Shown here: positions 19,138-29,799 of the stretch, piece after piece
How the letters are laid out: each line of letters starts with the position of its first letter
Position numbering within the stretch: the stretch's first letter is position 1
IMG/VR virus record: IMGVR_UViG_3300037067_004901
Span: 41,538 to 105,537 of that record
Direction: 5' to 3' (one strand)
From: a virus
Lineage: Duplodnaviria; Caudoviricetes
Length of the DNA: 64,000 nucleotides
Translations under genes and position numbers: made by a program
The notes under the pieces: model-generated
What the model was told of the DNA's origin: nothing
The model's database searches: none
Seen by the model: only the letters and a program-made list of their open reading frames with translations

Positions 19138-19812
19138 GTGTTTGCGTGGAAAACTGCAAATGTGAAAAAAATAATCAAAATGGCTAATATAGACAAAAGA
19201 ATCGATGTTTTAATACTATCTGCTGGAAAAGGCAGTAGAATTAAATCGCAATTTGGGAACACACCAAAAGCATTAATAGAACATAATGGGGAAGTTGCTT
19301 TAAATAAAGTATTACATCCATTTACTAAAAGTGTAGATGATTTTAAAATATCTATTAATGTTAGAAAAGATGAAGTTGATGTATTTAAAAATTTAGGTTT
19401 TGATTTATTGATTGAAGATTTTCCATTAGGCAATGCTGGCGCGATTAAATTATTTGGTGCTAATTTATCTGACCCATTTATTGTTAGTCATAATGATGTA
19501 GATTTACGAGATATCAATGCAATCGATTTTTATATGGAACATTTACAAAATGATAGTTTTGTAACGATGTCTGTTTTTAATACTGCGCATGAAAAAGAAC
19601 GTGGTATAATAGTTAAAAAATATAACAAAGTATTAAACTTTACGCGTGAGCGTTGGGTAAACTGTGGTTTTTATTGTGTAAGTCATAAAACTTTTGATAT
19701 TCTTGATGATGGTTTTCAGGATATTGACGAACATATGTTACCAAGATTATCTTCTATACATCAATTATCTTGTTATGAGTATAAAGGATTTTATGAAGAT
19801 TGGGGTAGATAA
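19138..19812 (+). CDS. Sugar-phosphate nucleotidyltransferase (HddC-like); likely start 19180
   Basis: LSAGKGSR...PKAL, PLGNAGAI, HND, NCGFY, EDWG. Confidence 0.85.
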   Translation: MFAWKTANVKKIIKMANIDKRIDVLILSAGKGSRIKSQFGNTPKALIEHNGEVALNKVLHPFTKSVDDFKISINVRKDEVDVFKNLGFDLLIEDFPLGNAGAIKLFGANLSDPFIVSHNDVDLRDINAIDFYMEHLQNDSFVTMSVFNTAHEKERGIIVKKYNKVLNFTRERWVNCGFYCVSHKTFDILDDGFQDIDEHMLPRLSSIHQLSCYEYKGFYEDWGR

Positions 19813-20399
19813 TGAATTATAATGAATTAGTAAAAGAAGCACTAGAAAAGTATAGTGTGAATGGTTTGGGTGGTTGGATGTCTGTTATAGATAGAGATTG
19901 GATATCACAATTTTTAACTACTAAATTTGATAGAAATGTTACAATAGAGATAGCTGAAGTAGGTGTATTTCAGGGTGGTTCGTCATTAATTTATTTAGTT
20001 GCGCTTCCTAATTGTAAATTTCACGCAATAGACAATTGGCTTGGTGGACCAGCTTCACCTGGTTTTGAAACAATTAAAGAAGGATTTATTTATTTTACAA
20101 AACAATTTGAAGATAGAATAGTAATGCATAGTGGTGATTCTACAGAAATTGGAAAACAATGGAATATAGAATTAGACTTATGTATGGTAGATGCAAATCA
20201 TGATTTACATTTTCCAAGAGAAGATATATTCTATTATAGTAAATGGATTAAGAAAAATGGTTATTTGTTAATTGATGATTATGATATGCCAAACGTAAAA
20301 CAAGCTGTAGACTTTATGATACTTAATCATCCTAATTGGAAATTTATACATAATACTGTGCCAGATGGTGGCAAAGTAATAACATTTCAGAGGATGTAA
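19812..20399 (+). CDS. Class I SAM methyltransferase (Methyltransf_24-like)
   Basis: EVGVFQGGS, VDANH, IDDY. Confidence 0.8.
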   Translation: MNYNELVKEALEKYSVNGLGGWMSVIDRDWISQFLTTKFDRNVTIEIAEVGVFQGGSSLIYLVALPNCKFHAIDNWLGGPASPGFETIKEGFIYFTKQFEDRIVMHSGDSTEIGKQWNIELDLCMVDANHDLHFPREDIFYYSKWIKKNGYLLIDDYDMPNVKQAVDFMILNHPNWKFIHNTVPDGGKVITFQRM

Positions 20400-21016
20400 T
20401 GTTAAATATAAAACAACAATTTTTAAATAAATGGCATAAATATCTAGAATCAGAAAAATGGAATAAACATGGTGGAGATGGATTCAAAACATGGGGTCAT
20501 GGAAATTTTCCATTTGTTGCATCATTAGTTCCAGATAGTGCAAAAAAAGTTTTAGAAATAGGTTGCGCAGATGGATATTTATCACATCTTTTAATACAAA
20601 AAGGACATGATGTTATAGGTTTAACATATGCAGAAAATGAACAACGTAATTGTATAAAAAATGGTGTTAATGCTATATTATCAGATATGCATGACTTACC
20701 ATTTTTAGATGATACATTTGATGCTATTGTATCAAGACAAACATTAGAACATGCTTTATCTCCATTAGTAGTTTTATTTGAATGTAATAGAGTATTAAAA
20801 CATAATGGTTATTTAATAATACATATTCCATATAGTTTAGACGGGACAGATTATTCATTAGATTATCATCACTCTCCCTTCACACCAATACAATGGAGAT
20901 TTTATTTATATAAATCTGGTTTTAGAGAAATACTTAAAGAAGATAGAGATATAGAACAAAACTCATATTACTTTATAGTAAGAAAAACAGAAGTATTGAC
21001 TTGGGAGATTTCGTAG
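20399..21016 (+). CDS. Class I SAM methyltransferase
   Basis: VLEIGCADG, DMHDLPF, LEH, RVLKHNG. Confidence 0.85.
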   Translation: MLNIKQQFLNKWHKYLESEKWNKHGGDGFKTWGHGNFPFVASLVPDSAKKVLEIGCADGYLSHLLIQKGHDVIGLTYAENEQRNCIKNGVNAILSDMHDLPFLDDTFDAIVSRQTLEHALSPLVVLFECNRVLKHNGYLIIHIPYSLDGTDYSLDYHHSPFTPIQWRFYLYKSGFREILKEDRDIEQNSYYFIVRKTEVLTWEIS

Positions 21017-21606
21017 TGAACATTGATGAAATATTAAGAACAGTTGATAAAATACCTGGTACTGGTGGCAGAATGGATTATGCTATGAATTTACATAAAA
21101 TTGCAATGAAATTACCGGATAATGCGATTATTGTAGAGATTGGAACTCAAAATGGTGGTTCAGCCGCAACATTTGCATTAACGTTAAAAGAACGTGGTGT
21201 TAAAATATATTGCATAGACCCTTGTTTTATCAAAGAAGAAGATAGACCAGCATCATATAGTCAATATGCTATTGGGGCATACACTATGAAAGGTATTGTA
21301 GAAAAATTTACTGAATTGAATATTTTAAATAACTTTATATTTTTAGCTGGTACAAGTCAAGAGGTGTTACCTAGATATAATGGTGAAAAATTTGACATGT
21401 TATATATTGATGGGTCTCATACATATGAAGAAGTAAAAATTGATATATCTTGGTTAAAACATGCAAAAGATAAATGTATATTAATGCTTGATGATTGGAT
21501 AAAACCCGTTGAACAAGCTTGTAATGAAGAAATAATAAAATTTAAAAACTTTACACAACGTACAGATAATAATTTTTGGCCTATGTATTTTACTAGAGGA
21601 TATTAA
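21001..21606 (+). CDS. Class I SAM methyltransferase (Methyltransf_24-like)
   Basis: VEIGTQNGGS, YIDGSHTYE. Confidence 0.8.
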   Translation: MGDFVVNIDEILRTVDKIPGTGGRMDYAMNLHKIAMKLPDNAIIVEIGTQNGGSAATFALTLKERGVKIYCIDPCFIKEEDRPASYSQYAIGAYTMKGIVEKFTELNILNNFIFLAGTSQEVLPRYNGEKFDMLYIDGSHTYEEVKIDISWLKHAKDKCILMLDDWIKPVEQACNEEIIKFKNFTQRTDNNFWPMYFTRGY

Positions 21607-22541
21607 TGAAAATTTTTATACCATATAGACCATCTCGCGGTGGTTTAGATAGTATTGGAAATAATCCAATGCAACTAGATGATTATTCTTTTCAAGCAGA
21701 TAATAATAACAATAGAAGACATCCTGATGATGATATACATAGATGTTTAAAATCTATAGCTAAAAATTCAAGATATAGACACGAAGCAGTGGTTTGCATT
21801 GATGAAGATTTACAAATATGCGATGATTGGCTTAAACATTTAAATATACAAGATAGACTTGATATTACTATCTTTCGATGTAAAAATAAAGGCATAACAG
21901 ATGCACATAATAGATTACCAGAATCTTTAAAACAAGCAATATTATCGCTAGCTACAGATAAAGATATTATTGCATATGATTTAATAGCAGATGCTATAGT
22001 TTGTAAAAACTGGGATGTACAGATTATAAATTGTGTGAAAGAATTTGGAGAAAAATATTATTATGCATCAATGTTTGTTGAACCAAGAACAGAGCAATCT
22101 AGAGCATTAGTAAGTGATATATCAAGACAAGATGTAATTGAGGATATAAAGAAATGTTCTCCACAAACTGTAAATAATATATGGAATTTATGGAGAAAAT
22201 CTATTTGTTGTCATTCATTAACAATGATACCAAAATTAGATAGAAATTATGCTATTGAATCTGATTTCGATGAATATATATCTATAGCAAACCAATTTGA
22301 TAAAGAATATATAATAGAAAATGCAGGAGAAAGAACTTATGGATATTGGGCTCCATTAATATCTACGGGTAGAATATTCAAAGAATTATTACAAAAAATG
22401 GTGTGTATCTCTGGTTCTGATTTATGGTTAGATAATAATTTCCCAATGCAAAAAATGGTATTATGTCGTTCTTATGTGTTTCATATGCACTATAAAACTA
22501 TTTTAGATGATAAAAAAGTGGAGTATGTAAATGAAAATTGA
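21606..22541 (+). CDS. Possible GT-A glycosyltransferase
   Basis: CLKSIAKNS, IADAIVCKNWD; island context. Confidence 0.4.
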   Translation: MKIFIPYRPSRGGLDSIGNNPMQLDDYSFQADNNNNRRHPDDDIHRCLKSIAKNSRYRHEAVVCIDEDLQICDDWLKHLNIQDRLDITIFRCKNKGITDAHNRLPESLKQAILSLATDKDIIAYDLIADAIVCKNWDVQIINCVKEFGEKYYYASMFVEPRTEQSRALVSDISRQDVIEDIKKCSPQTVNNIWNLWRKSICCHSLTMIPKLDRNYAIESDFDEYISIANQFDKEYIIENAGERTYGYWAPLISTGRIFKELLQKMVCISGSDLWLDNNFPMQKMVLCRSYVFHMHYKTILDDKKVEYVNEN

Positions 22542-23988
22542 TGTATTATTTATACATCCAGGTAATCATAAACAAACATATCAAGAATTATCTAAAAAAT
22601 ATACAGCGATAGCTCCGCCAGTATGGACATCATTGCTTGCTAATTATGTACGTAATAAAGGTTATTCTGTTGCTATACACGACACCAATTTATACGGATT
22701 TGATATATATAGGGAAATGAAAAATTATTATGCGAAGTTAATTGTTTTAATGGTATATGGACATCATCCTTCAGCTTCTACACAAACCATGCCGAGTGCA
22801 TCTGTGATTATAAATAAAATAAAAGATTTTGACAAATCTATACCAATTGCTATTGGTGGTACACATCCGTCTGCAATACCAAAAAGAACGTTATATGAAG
22901 AAAAGGCAGACTTTGTTATTGTCGGAGAGGGTGCATATCAAATTGTTAGTTTATTAGATTATTTAAATGGAAATATTAAATTAAACGATGTGCAGGGTGT
23001 AGTTTATCAAAATGATGTTTTTATATCAATTACTAATACACCATCTCCATTGATTAAAGATTTAGATAAAGAATTAAATGATTATGCATTTGATTTATTA
23101 CCTAATTTAAATAAATATAGAGCACATGCACATCATGTATTTGGGTATAATAGTGCTTCCCCATATGTTACATTAAATACATCATTAGGTTGTCCATATA
23201 ATTGTGAATTCTGTTGTATAAATTCTGTTTTTAATAAACCAGGTATAAGATATTGGAATATTGATACTGTGTTATCTTGGATAGATAAACTAGTAAAAAA
23301 ATATCATATACAGCATATTAGATTCGATGATGAATTATTTGTGTTAGATAAAAAACGTTTAGAAGAATTTTGCGATAAATTAATACAAAGAAATTATAAT
23401 TTAAATATATGGGTATATGCGCGCGTGGATACTATACCAGAAAAATTATTAAATAAGATGAGAAAAGCTGGTATTAATTGGATATGTCTTGGTATTGAAT
23501 CTGCTAATAACATAGTTAGAACTAATGTTAAAAAAAATATTAATAAAGACATAGAACATATTGTTAAAAGTATAAAAGATAACGACATTAATATTATAGG
23601 AAATTATATGTTTGGTTTACCAGACGATACAATAGAAACCATGCAAGAAACATTAGACCTAGCAATAAAACTAAATTGTGAATATGCTAATTTTTATTGT
23701 ACTATGGCATATCCCGGTTCTGCATTGTATAATAATTTTGGTGACAATCATTGTGTTATCCCAAAAACATGGGAAGCGTTTTCACAACATTCATATGAAA
23801 CACAACCGTTACCTACTAAATATATTTCAGCTAAAGACGTATTACAATTTAGAGATAAAGCATTTTATAATTATTTTTCAAACCCAAAATATTTAAATAT
23901 GATACAAAAAAAATTTGGTGAAAAAGTTAAATTAGACATAGAAGATATGCTAAAAATAAAAATAAAACGGAGATTATTAAATGATTGA
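22531..23988 (+). CDS. Cobalamin-dependent radical SAM enzyme
   Basis: B12-binding N-terminus (GGTHPS, GEG), GCPYNCEFC, GIES. Confidence 0.9.
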   Translation: MKIDVLFIHPGNHKQTYQELSKKYTAIAPPVWTSLLANYVRNKGYSVAIHDTNLYGFDIYREMKNYYAKLIVLMVYGHHPSASTQTMPSASVIINKIKDFDKSIPIAIGGTHPSAIPKRTLYEEKADFVIVGEGAYQIVSLLDYLNGNIKLNDVQGVVYQNDVFISITNTPSPLIKDLDKELNDYAFDLLPNLNKYRAHAHHVFGYNSASPYVTLNTSLGCPYNCEFCCINSVFNKPGIRYWNIDTVLSWIDKLVKKYHIQHIRFDDELFVLDKKRLEEFCDKLIQRNYNLNIWVYARVDTIPEKLLNKMRKAGINWICLGIESANNIVRTNVKKNINKDIEHIVKSIKDNDINIIGNYMFGLPDDTIETMQETLDLAIKLNCEYANFYCTMAYPGSALYNNFGDNHCVIPKTWEAFSQHSYETQPLPTKYISAKDVLQFRDKAFYNYFSNPKYLNMIQKKFGEKVKLDIEDMLKIKIKRRLLND

Positions 23989-24805
23989 TATGACAGACTT
24001 ATTACTAAAATCACATCAAATGCGGGAATTATTATATGAGGTATGTGTAAACGCTAAAACAGGGCATTTAACTTCTTCTTTATCGTGCACTGAAATACTA
24101 GTAGCTTTATATTATTCTGGAGTAATGAGACATGACCCAAAAAATCCAAAATGGGAAGGAAGAGATAGATTTATTTTGAGCAAAGGTCAGGCTAGTCCAA
24201 TATTGTACGCTATTTTAGCAGATTTAGGATATTATAATAAAAAAGAATTAAAAAAATTTGCGCAACTTGATGGTATCTTTGGGGTACATTTACAAAAAAG
24301 TGTGCCCGGTGTAGAAATTACTGCTGGTTCTTTAGGACACGGATTTAATATTGCAACTGGAATGGCGTTAGTTTCAAAAAAAGATAGAACTTACAATATG
24401 GTGTTTACTTTACTTGGAGATGGAGAATGTTATGAAGGTTCTATTTGGGAAGCCGCTATGTTCGCTGGTCATAATAATTTGAATAATTTAGTTGCAATTA
24501 TGGACAGAAATTTTATGTGCGCTACTGACTTTACTGAAGAATGCTTATCATTAGAACCATTAGAGGATAAATTTAAATCATTTAATTGGGAAGTGCAGAG
24601 AATAAATGGTAATAATATTTGGGAAGTTGTTAATGCTTTAAAATATGTACGTTCAAGACGTTCTGTGAAACCCAAATTGATTATTGCTGATACTGTAAAA
24701 GGGTCAGGTATAAAAAGCACTTGTGATGAAACATTATGGCACTCCAGAACACCACTAAAGAAAGAAGATATTGATAAATGTAGGAAGGAGTTGAAAGATG
24801 AATAA
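23981..24805 (+). CDS. Transketolase, N-terminal TPP-binding subunit
   Basis: RDRFILSKG, GSLGHG, LGDGECYEGSIWEA. Confidence 0.92.
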   Translation: MIDMTDLLLKSHQMRELLYEVCVNAKTGHLTSSLSCTEILVALYYSGVMRHDPKNPKWEGRDRFILSKGQASPILYAILADLGYYNKKELKKFAQLDGIFGVHLQKSVPGVEITAGSLGHGFNIATGMALVSKKDRTYNMVFTLLGDGECYEGSIWEAAMFAGHNNLNNLVAIMDRNFMCATDFTEECLSLEPLEDKFKSFNWEVQRINGNNIWEVVNALKYVRSRRSVKPKLIIADTVKGSGIKSTCDETLWHSRTPLKKEDIDKCRKELKDE

Positions 24806-25715
24806 TACACAGCAAAGAGATGCATTTTTTAATACACTTTATGAAATAGCAAAAAATGATAAAAATGTTTATTTAGTTAGTGCAGATATGTCTGCCCCAT
24901 CTTTAGATAAATTTAGAAAAGACTTAGCACATCAGTATGTAAATGTAGGTATAGCTGAACAGAATGCAATTAGCATAGCTTCTGGAATGGCACTCGAAGG
25001 TAAGAAAGTGTTTGTATATGGTATAGCATCTTTCATATCTACTAGATGTTTAGAACAAATAAGAATTAGTTGTGGTCTTATGAAAATACCATTAACAATA
25101 GTTGCTATAGGGTCTGGTTTTAGTTATGAAGAATCTGGACCAACACATCATATTTTTGAAGATATATCATTAATACGTGCTATACCAAATGTTATAATAA
25201 ATAATTGCACAGATTCAATTATGGCGTCTCAATTAGCATATTCATCGTATGGTTGTAATGTTGCTAATTATGTTAGATTAGATAGAAAAAAAACAGATAA
25301 TATATATTATACAAACTCTGTATATTATAGTGGATATAATGTACTTCAAGATGGGAAAAGATATATCTTATCTACAGGTATTATGACACATACCGCACTA
25401 AAGATAGCACATACCATGCAGGATGTTGGGGTGATAGATGTACATACATTCCCATTTAGTTATGCACTATATGATGTTTTAAAACATTGTGATAAGATAA
25501 TAACAATGGAAGAACATATATTAAATGGTGGGATGGGAAGTGCTGTGCTTGAATTTTTAAGCGATTGTAACAGTAATATACCAGTTTTAAGAATAGGTAT
25601 AAAAAATGCAGATGGATATTGTTATAAATACGGTGGTAGAGAGAGCGTAATATGGAAATATTATGGAATAGATGAAGCAACATCAACCAATAAAATTAAG
25701 GAGTTTTTATCTTGA
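24798..25715 (+). CDS. Transketolase, C-terminal subunit
   Basis: NVGIAEQN, GPTHH, EEHILNGGMGS. Confidence 0.92.
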   Translation: MNNTQQRDAFFNTLYEIAKNDKNVYLVSADMSAPSLDKFRKDLAHQYVNVGIAEQNAISIASGMALEGKKVFVYGIASFISTRCLEQIRISCGLMKIPLTIVAIGSGFSYEESGPTHHIFEDISLIRAIPNVIINNCTDSIMASQLAYSSYGCNVANYVRLDRKKTDNIYYTNSVYYSGYNVLQDGKRYILSTGIMTHTALKIAHTMQDVGVIDVHTFPFSYALYDVLKHCDKIITMEEHILNGGMGSAVLEFLSDCNSNIPVLRIGIKNADGYCYKYGGRESVIWKYYGIDEATSTNKIKEFLS

Positions 25716-26239
25716 GAAGTTCATTTGAATATGTAATAGAACACATACATCCCAAAATAGTGGCTGAAATAGGTGTAGCATCTGGAGACAATGCATTTGA
25801 TATGTTATTTAATTATCCTTTAGAATACATGTTACTTGTAGATAGTTATATACCATATCGTGATAATGCAAATCATGGTATAATAAATTTAGAACAACAA
25901 AATAATAATTTTATGAATGTGTTAAGTAAGTTTATACCAAGACAACTTTTTGGAAAAGTAATTTTTTCATGTATGCCATCAGAAAAAATAGTGAAATATT
26001 ATCCAGATAATTTTTTTGATTATGTATATATCGATGCTAATCATGAATATGAAAATGTAAAACCAGATATAGAACTGTGGTTTCCAAAAGTAAAAAACAA
26101 GTGTTTTTTAGCTGGACATGATTATGAAGGATATTATCCAGATGTAACAAGAGCAGTTAATGAATTTAAAGACAATCATAAAGATACTATAGAATTTATT
26201 AAATGTTCTGAATATGATTGGTTGTTTTATAAAAAATAA
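25712..26239 (+). CDS. Class I SAM methyltransferase
   Basis: EIGVASG, YIDANHEYE, AGHDY. Confidence 0.8.
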   Translation: MRSSFEYVIEHIHPKIVAEIGVASGDNAFDMLFNYPLEYMLLVDSYIPYRDNANHGIINLEQQNNNFMNVLSKFIPRQLFGKVIFSCMPSEKIVKYYPDNFFDYVYIDANHEYENVKPDIELWFPKVKNKCFLAGHDYEGYYPDVTRAVNEFKDNHKDTIEFIKCSEYDWLFYKK

Positions 26240-26254
26240 ACAATAGGATAAAAA

Positions 26255-26968
26255 ATGCCTTGTTGGTTAGATAAATGCGCTGTTGAACAAACATTAAAAT
26301 TAAGAGACGAATTCGATATAAATGTTTTTGTAGAAACTGGTACATTTAAAGGTTGTGGTGCAGAATTATATTCAAATTATTTTGGATATGTTGTGACATG
26401 TGATATTAATGAAGACTATTGCAATATTGCACGGGAACGTTTAAAAAATAAAAATAATGTCAGTATTGTACATGATAATAGTTTTAATGTTATATCTAGA
26501 ATAGTAAATGCACATAAAGAAGATGATTTTAAAGAACATATATTTTTATTTTTAGATGCTCATATCTATAATAAAGATGCTAAAACAGATGATGAGAAGT
26601 GGGTAATTATAAAAGAATTGCAAGCATTAAAAGATTTTAAATATTCCATAATAGCAATACATGATTTTGATTGTAGTAATCTTGGTCATATTAAATATAA
26701 TGGAGAATCATTTAATTGGAGCGTAGTTGGAAAATATTTACAAGAAGTAAATCCAGACTTCAGTTATTATTGTAATACAAAAGAATTTTGTGACCCAAGA
26801 AATTATGATAGAGTTAAAGAAATACCAGTAACTATGAATGAGGATACAATAGATATGATTCAACATGCTAATAGCGCAGATGAGAAGAAATATCGTGGTA
26901 TATTATATGCTATACCTAAAGAACTTGACTTATCTAAATATAAATTGGTAAAATTTCAACATGTTTAA
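26255..26968 (+). CDS. Methyltransferase-like protein
   Basis: FVETGTFKG, FLDAH, IHDF. Confidence 0.7.
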   Translation: MPCWLDKCAVEQTLKLRDEFDINVFVETGTFKGCGAELYSNYFGYVVTCDINEDYCNIARERLKNKNNVSIVHDNSFNVISRIVNAHKEDDFKEHIFLFLDAHIYNKDAKTDDEKWVIIKELQALKDFKYSIIAIHDFDCSNLGHIKYNGESFNWSVVGKYLQEVNPDFSYYCNTKEFCDPRNYDRVKEIPVTMNEDTIDMIQHANSADEKKYRGILYAIPKELDLSKYKLVKFQHV

Positions 26969-28279
26969 AACAGCTATAATTATACCAACATTACACTTTT
27001 GGAGAAATCCAAATAAACAACAACCGATTAATGAGTTATATTTTGCTACAGTATTAGATGAAAGATGCGATACTGCAATTGATATTATCGACTTACGAGA
27101 ATTGAGAAAAGAAGATTGTCAATATACACTTGATAATGTAGCAGATTTTATTGAAGAACGTGATTTATATATTCACTGGATAGATAGAACCGCGAACTTT
27201 GCTGAAATTATTAATGTAACGAAACAGTTACGTGTAAAATATCCAAATTCAAAACATGTTGCTGGCGGGTTTCATGTTGCAAACTTACAAAAAGAATGTC
27301 TAGAAATATTTGATTCTATTGTTATTGGTCCAGGCGAAGAATCTTTTATACGAATAGTTAATGATTGTATAAACAATAATTTAAAAAACATTTATAAAGA
27401 TGATTGGAAAGATGTTCCATTTTATCAATATCCTTTTCCAAGAAGACACTATTTACGTAAAGAACTTATATTAGATAAAGAATTATTTCAAGATTATAAT
27501 GTTAATGAAGGGACGTGTGCAATCTTCTCGCGAGGTTGCCCATATACATGCGCATACTGCTGTTATAATTATCCTAATATGGCATGTCAATTAAGACGTA
27601 TAGAATCTATAGAACAAGAAATAAAATATCTTAAAAAAGAATATCATGTTAAGGGTATCACACTACGAGATGAATTATGTATACCAGTACAGACAAATAG
27701 TGCAATAGCGCAACTAGAAGCTATTGACGTAATAATATCATATGGCGTGGTCAGGGTCGTGTATGTGTAAGCAAAGATTTACTTTTTATAGCTAAACAAA
27801 GTGGGCTAGTTGAAATATCAATAGGTGTTGAAAGCGTATCACAAAAAGTTTTAGATATCGTTAATAAACGTCAAACAATAGTAGAAGTTAAGGAATTTAT
27901 AGAACTATGCAAGAAATTAAACATTAAAGTAAAAGTTGGATTAATATTTGGACTACCCGGAGAAGAAAAAGATATAGTTAAACAAACATGTAATTTCATT
28001 AAAGAAACTCAACCAGAATATGTAAATATATCTGGATTTTGTCCTTATCCAGGTTCACCAATATATCAAAATGCAGAGTATTATGGTATTGATTATATCG
28101 ATAAAAATTGGAATAATTATGGACATTTAATATCTAATTATGATGATACAAATGATGATTTTGGTTTACCATTTAGATATAAAAAAACAACACGATTTGG
28201 AGATTCTTTTACTAGAGAAGAAATATTAAATAATATTATTACATTTAAAGAATTTTTAAAGGAACAAAAAAATGATTAA
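26961..28279 (+). pseudogene. Second B12-dependent radical SAM gene, frameshifted near 27726
   Basis: GCPYTCAYC in 26961..27770; the C-terminal half (IGVESVSQKVL, FGLPGE, PYPGSP) continues open in another frame to TAA at 28279. Confidence 0.8.
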
Positions 28280-28817
28280 AAAAATAGAAGACACAAAATT
28301 GCCAGAAGTTGTTTTAATAAAAAAAGATTATTTTGAAGATTTTCGTGGTAAATATATAGAAATATACAATGGGTTAGAGTTTAACAACATTTTTGCAGAT
28401 AAGTGTATTGATTTTGTAGAAGATGATATATCTATTACAGAACATCATTGTTTAAAAGGAATACATTGTGATACAGAAGCTTGGAAGTTAATATCTTGTT
28501 TATATGGTAAATTCTATTTAGTAATTTTAAATCTAGATAAGAACTCGAAATATTATGGTAAGTGGGAATCATTTACATTGTCAGATTCTACGTTTAAACA
28601 AGTGCTAGTTCCACCGATGCATGGGGTTGGACATTTATGTTTAAGCGACAAAAGCATATTTCACTATAAACAAAGTAAACAATATAATATAGCTAGACAA
28701 TCAACTATTGTATATAATGATAAACGATTTAATATATTTTGGCCAATAAATAATCCGATAGTATCGTTGCGCGATAAAACAGGTGACAAATCTTTTGTGA
28801 TAAAAAATGATAATTAA
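28272..28817 (+). CDS. rfbC: dTDP-4-dehydrorhamnose 3,5-epimerase family (RmlC/RfbC)
   Basis: FEDFRG, LKGIH, KLISCLYG, VPPMHGVGH, IFWP. Confidence 0.85.
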   Translation: MIKKIEDTKLPEVVLIKKDYFEDFRGKYIEIYNGLEFNNIFADKCIDFVEDDISITEHHCLKGIHCDTEAWKLISCLYGKFYLVILNLDKNSKYYGKWESFTLSDSTFKQVLVPPMHGVGHLCLSDKSIFHYKQSKQYNIARQSTIVYNDKRFNIFWPINNPIVSLRDKTGDKSFVIKNDN

Positions 28818-29799
28818 TAGAACTCCATTCAGAATAAGTTTTTTTGGAGGTGGTACGGATTATCAATCATGGTGTGATGATAATGTTGGCGCAGTATTAA
28901 ATACTACTATAAATAAATATTGTTATATTATGACGCGTTATTTACCACCATTCTTAAAATATAAATATAATATTCGATACAGGAAAACAGAGAGAAAAAA
29001 TAAATTAAATAATATTCTACATCCTACAGTTAGAGAATGTATTAAATATATGCACATAAATGATGGTATTGAAATGGTACATACAGCAGATTTGCCAGCA
29101 GGTTCTGGTATAGGTTCTAGTTCATCATTTACTGTTGGTTTTTTGCAATCACTTAATGCATTACAAGGTAAGATGATTACAAAACGTAATTTAGCTAAAG
29201 ATGCGATTCACATTGAACAAGACTTGATTAACGAAAATATTGGTTCGCAGGACCAAGTTGCGGCATCTTTTGGTGGTTTTAATAAAGTTATATTTAGTAA
29301 AAATGATTTTGTGGTAGAAAAAATAATATTAAATGATAATACATTACAAAAATTACAAGATAATTTATTAATGGTGTTTACTGGATATACAAGAACTTCT
29401 TCTGAAATAGCGGGTAAATATATTAATACATTACAAAAAAAGAAAAACAAAGAATTAAAGATTATGTATCATATGGTAGACATATCAATTGATATGTTAA
29501 AAAATAACAATATTGATGATTTTGGAAAATTATTAAATGAGAGTTGGTGTTTAAAGAAAAGTTTCTCTGATGTTATTTCTAATAAAAATATTGATGATAT
29601 GTATGCATGTGCTAGACATAATGGTGCTTTAGGTGGTAAATTATGTGGTTCTGGCGGGGGTGGGTTTTTTATATTATATGTTCCACAAGAAAAACAATAT
29701 GCGGTAAAAAAAGCACTTAAAAAAATGTTATTTGTTCCAATAAAATTTGAAAATTTAGGTAGTCAAATAATAATGTATAATATACAGGATTTTCATTAA
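28807..29799 (+). CDS. hddA: GHMP kinase, HddA-like heptose-7-phosphate kinase
   Basis: RTPFRISFFGGGTD, PAGSGIGSSS, GSQDQ, GGKLCGSGGGG. Confidence 0.88.
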   Translation: MIINRTPFRISFFGGGTDYQSWCDDNVGAVLNTTINKYCYIMTRYLPPFLKYKYNIRYRKTERKNKLNNILHPTVRECIKYMHINDGIEMVHTADLPAGSGIGSSSSFTVGFLQSLNALQGKMITKRNLAKDAIHIEQDLINENIGSQDQVAASFGGFNKVIFSKNDFVVEKIILNDNTLQKLQDNLLMVFTGYTRTSSEIAGKYINTLQKKKNKELKIMYHMVDISIDMLKNNNIDDFGKLLNESWCLKKSFSDVISNKNIDDMYACARHNGALGGKLCGSGGGGFFILYVPQEKQYAVKKALKKMLFVPIKFENLGSQIIMYNIQDFH

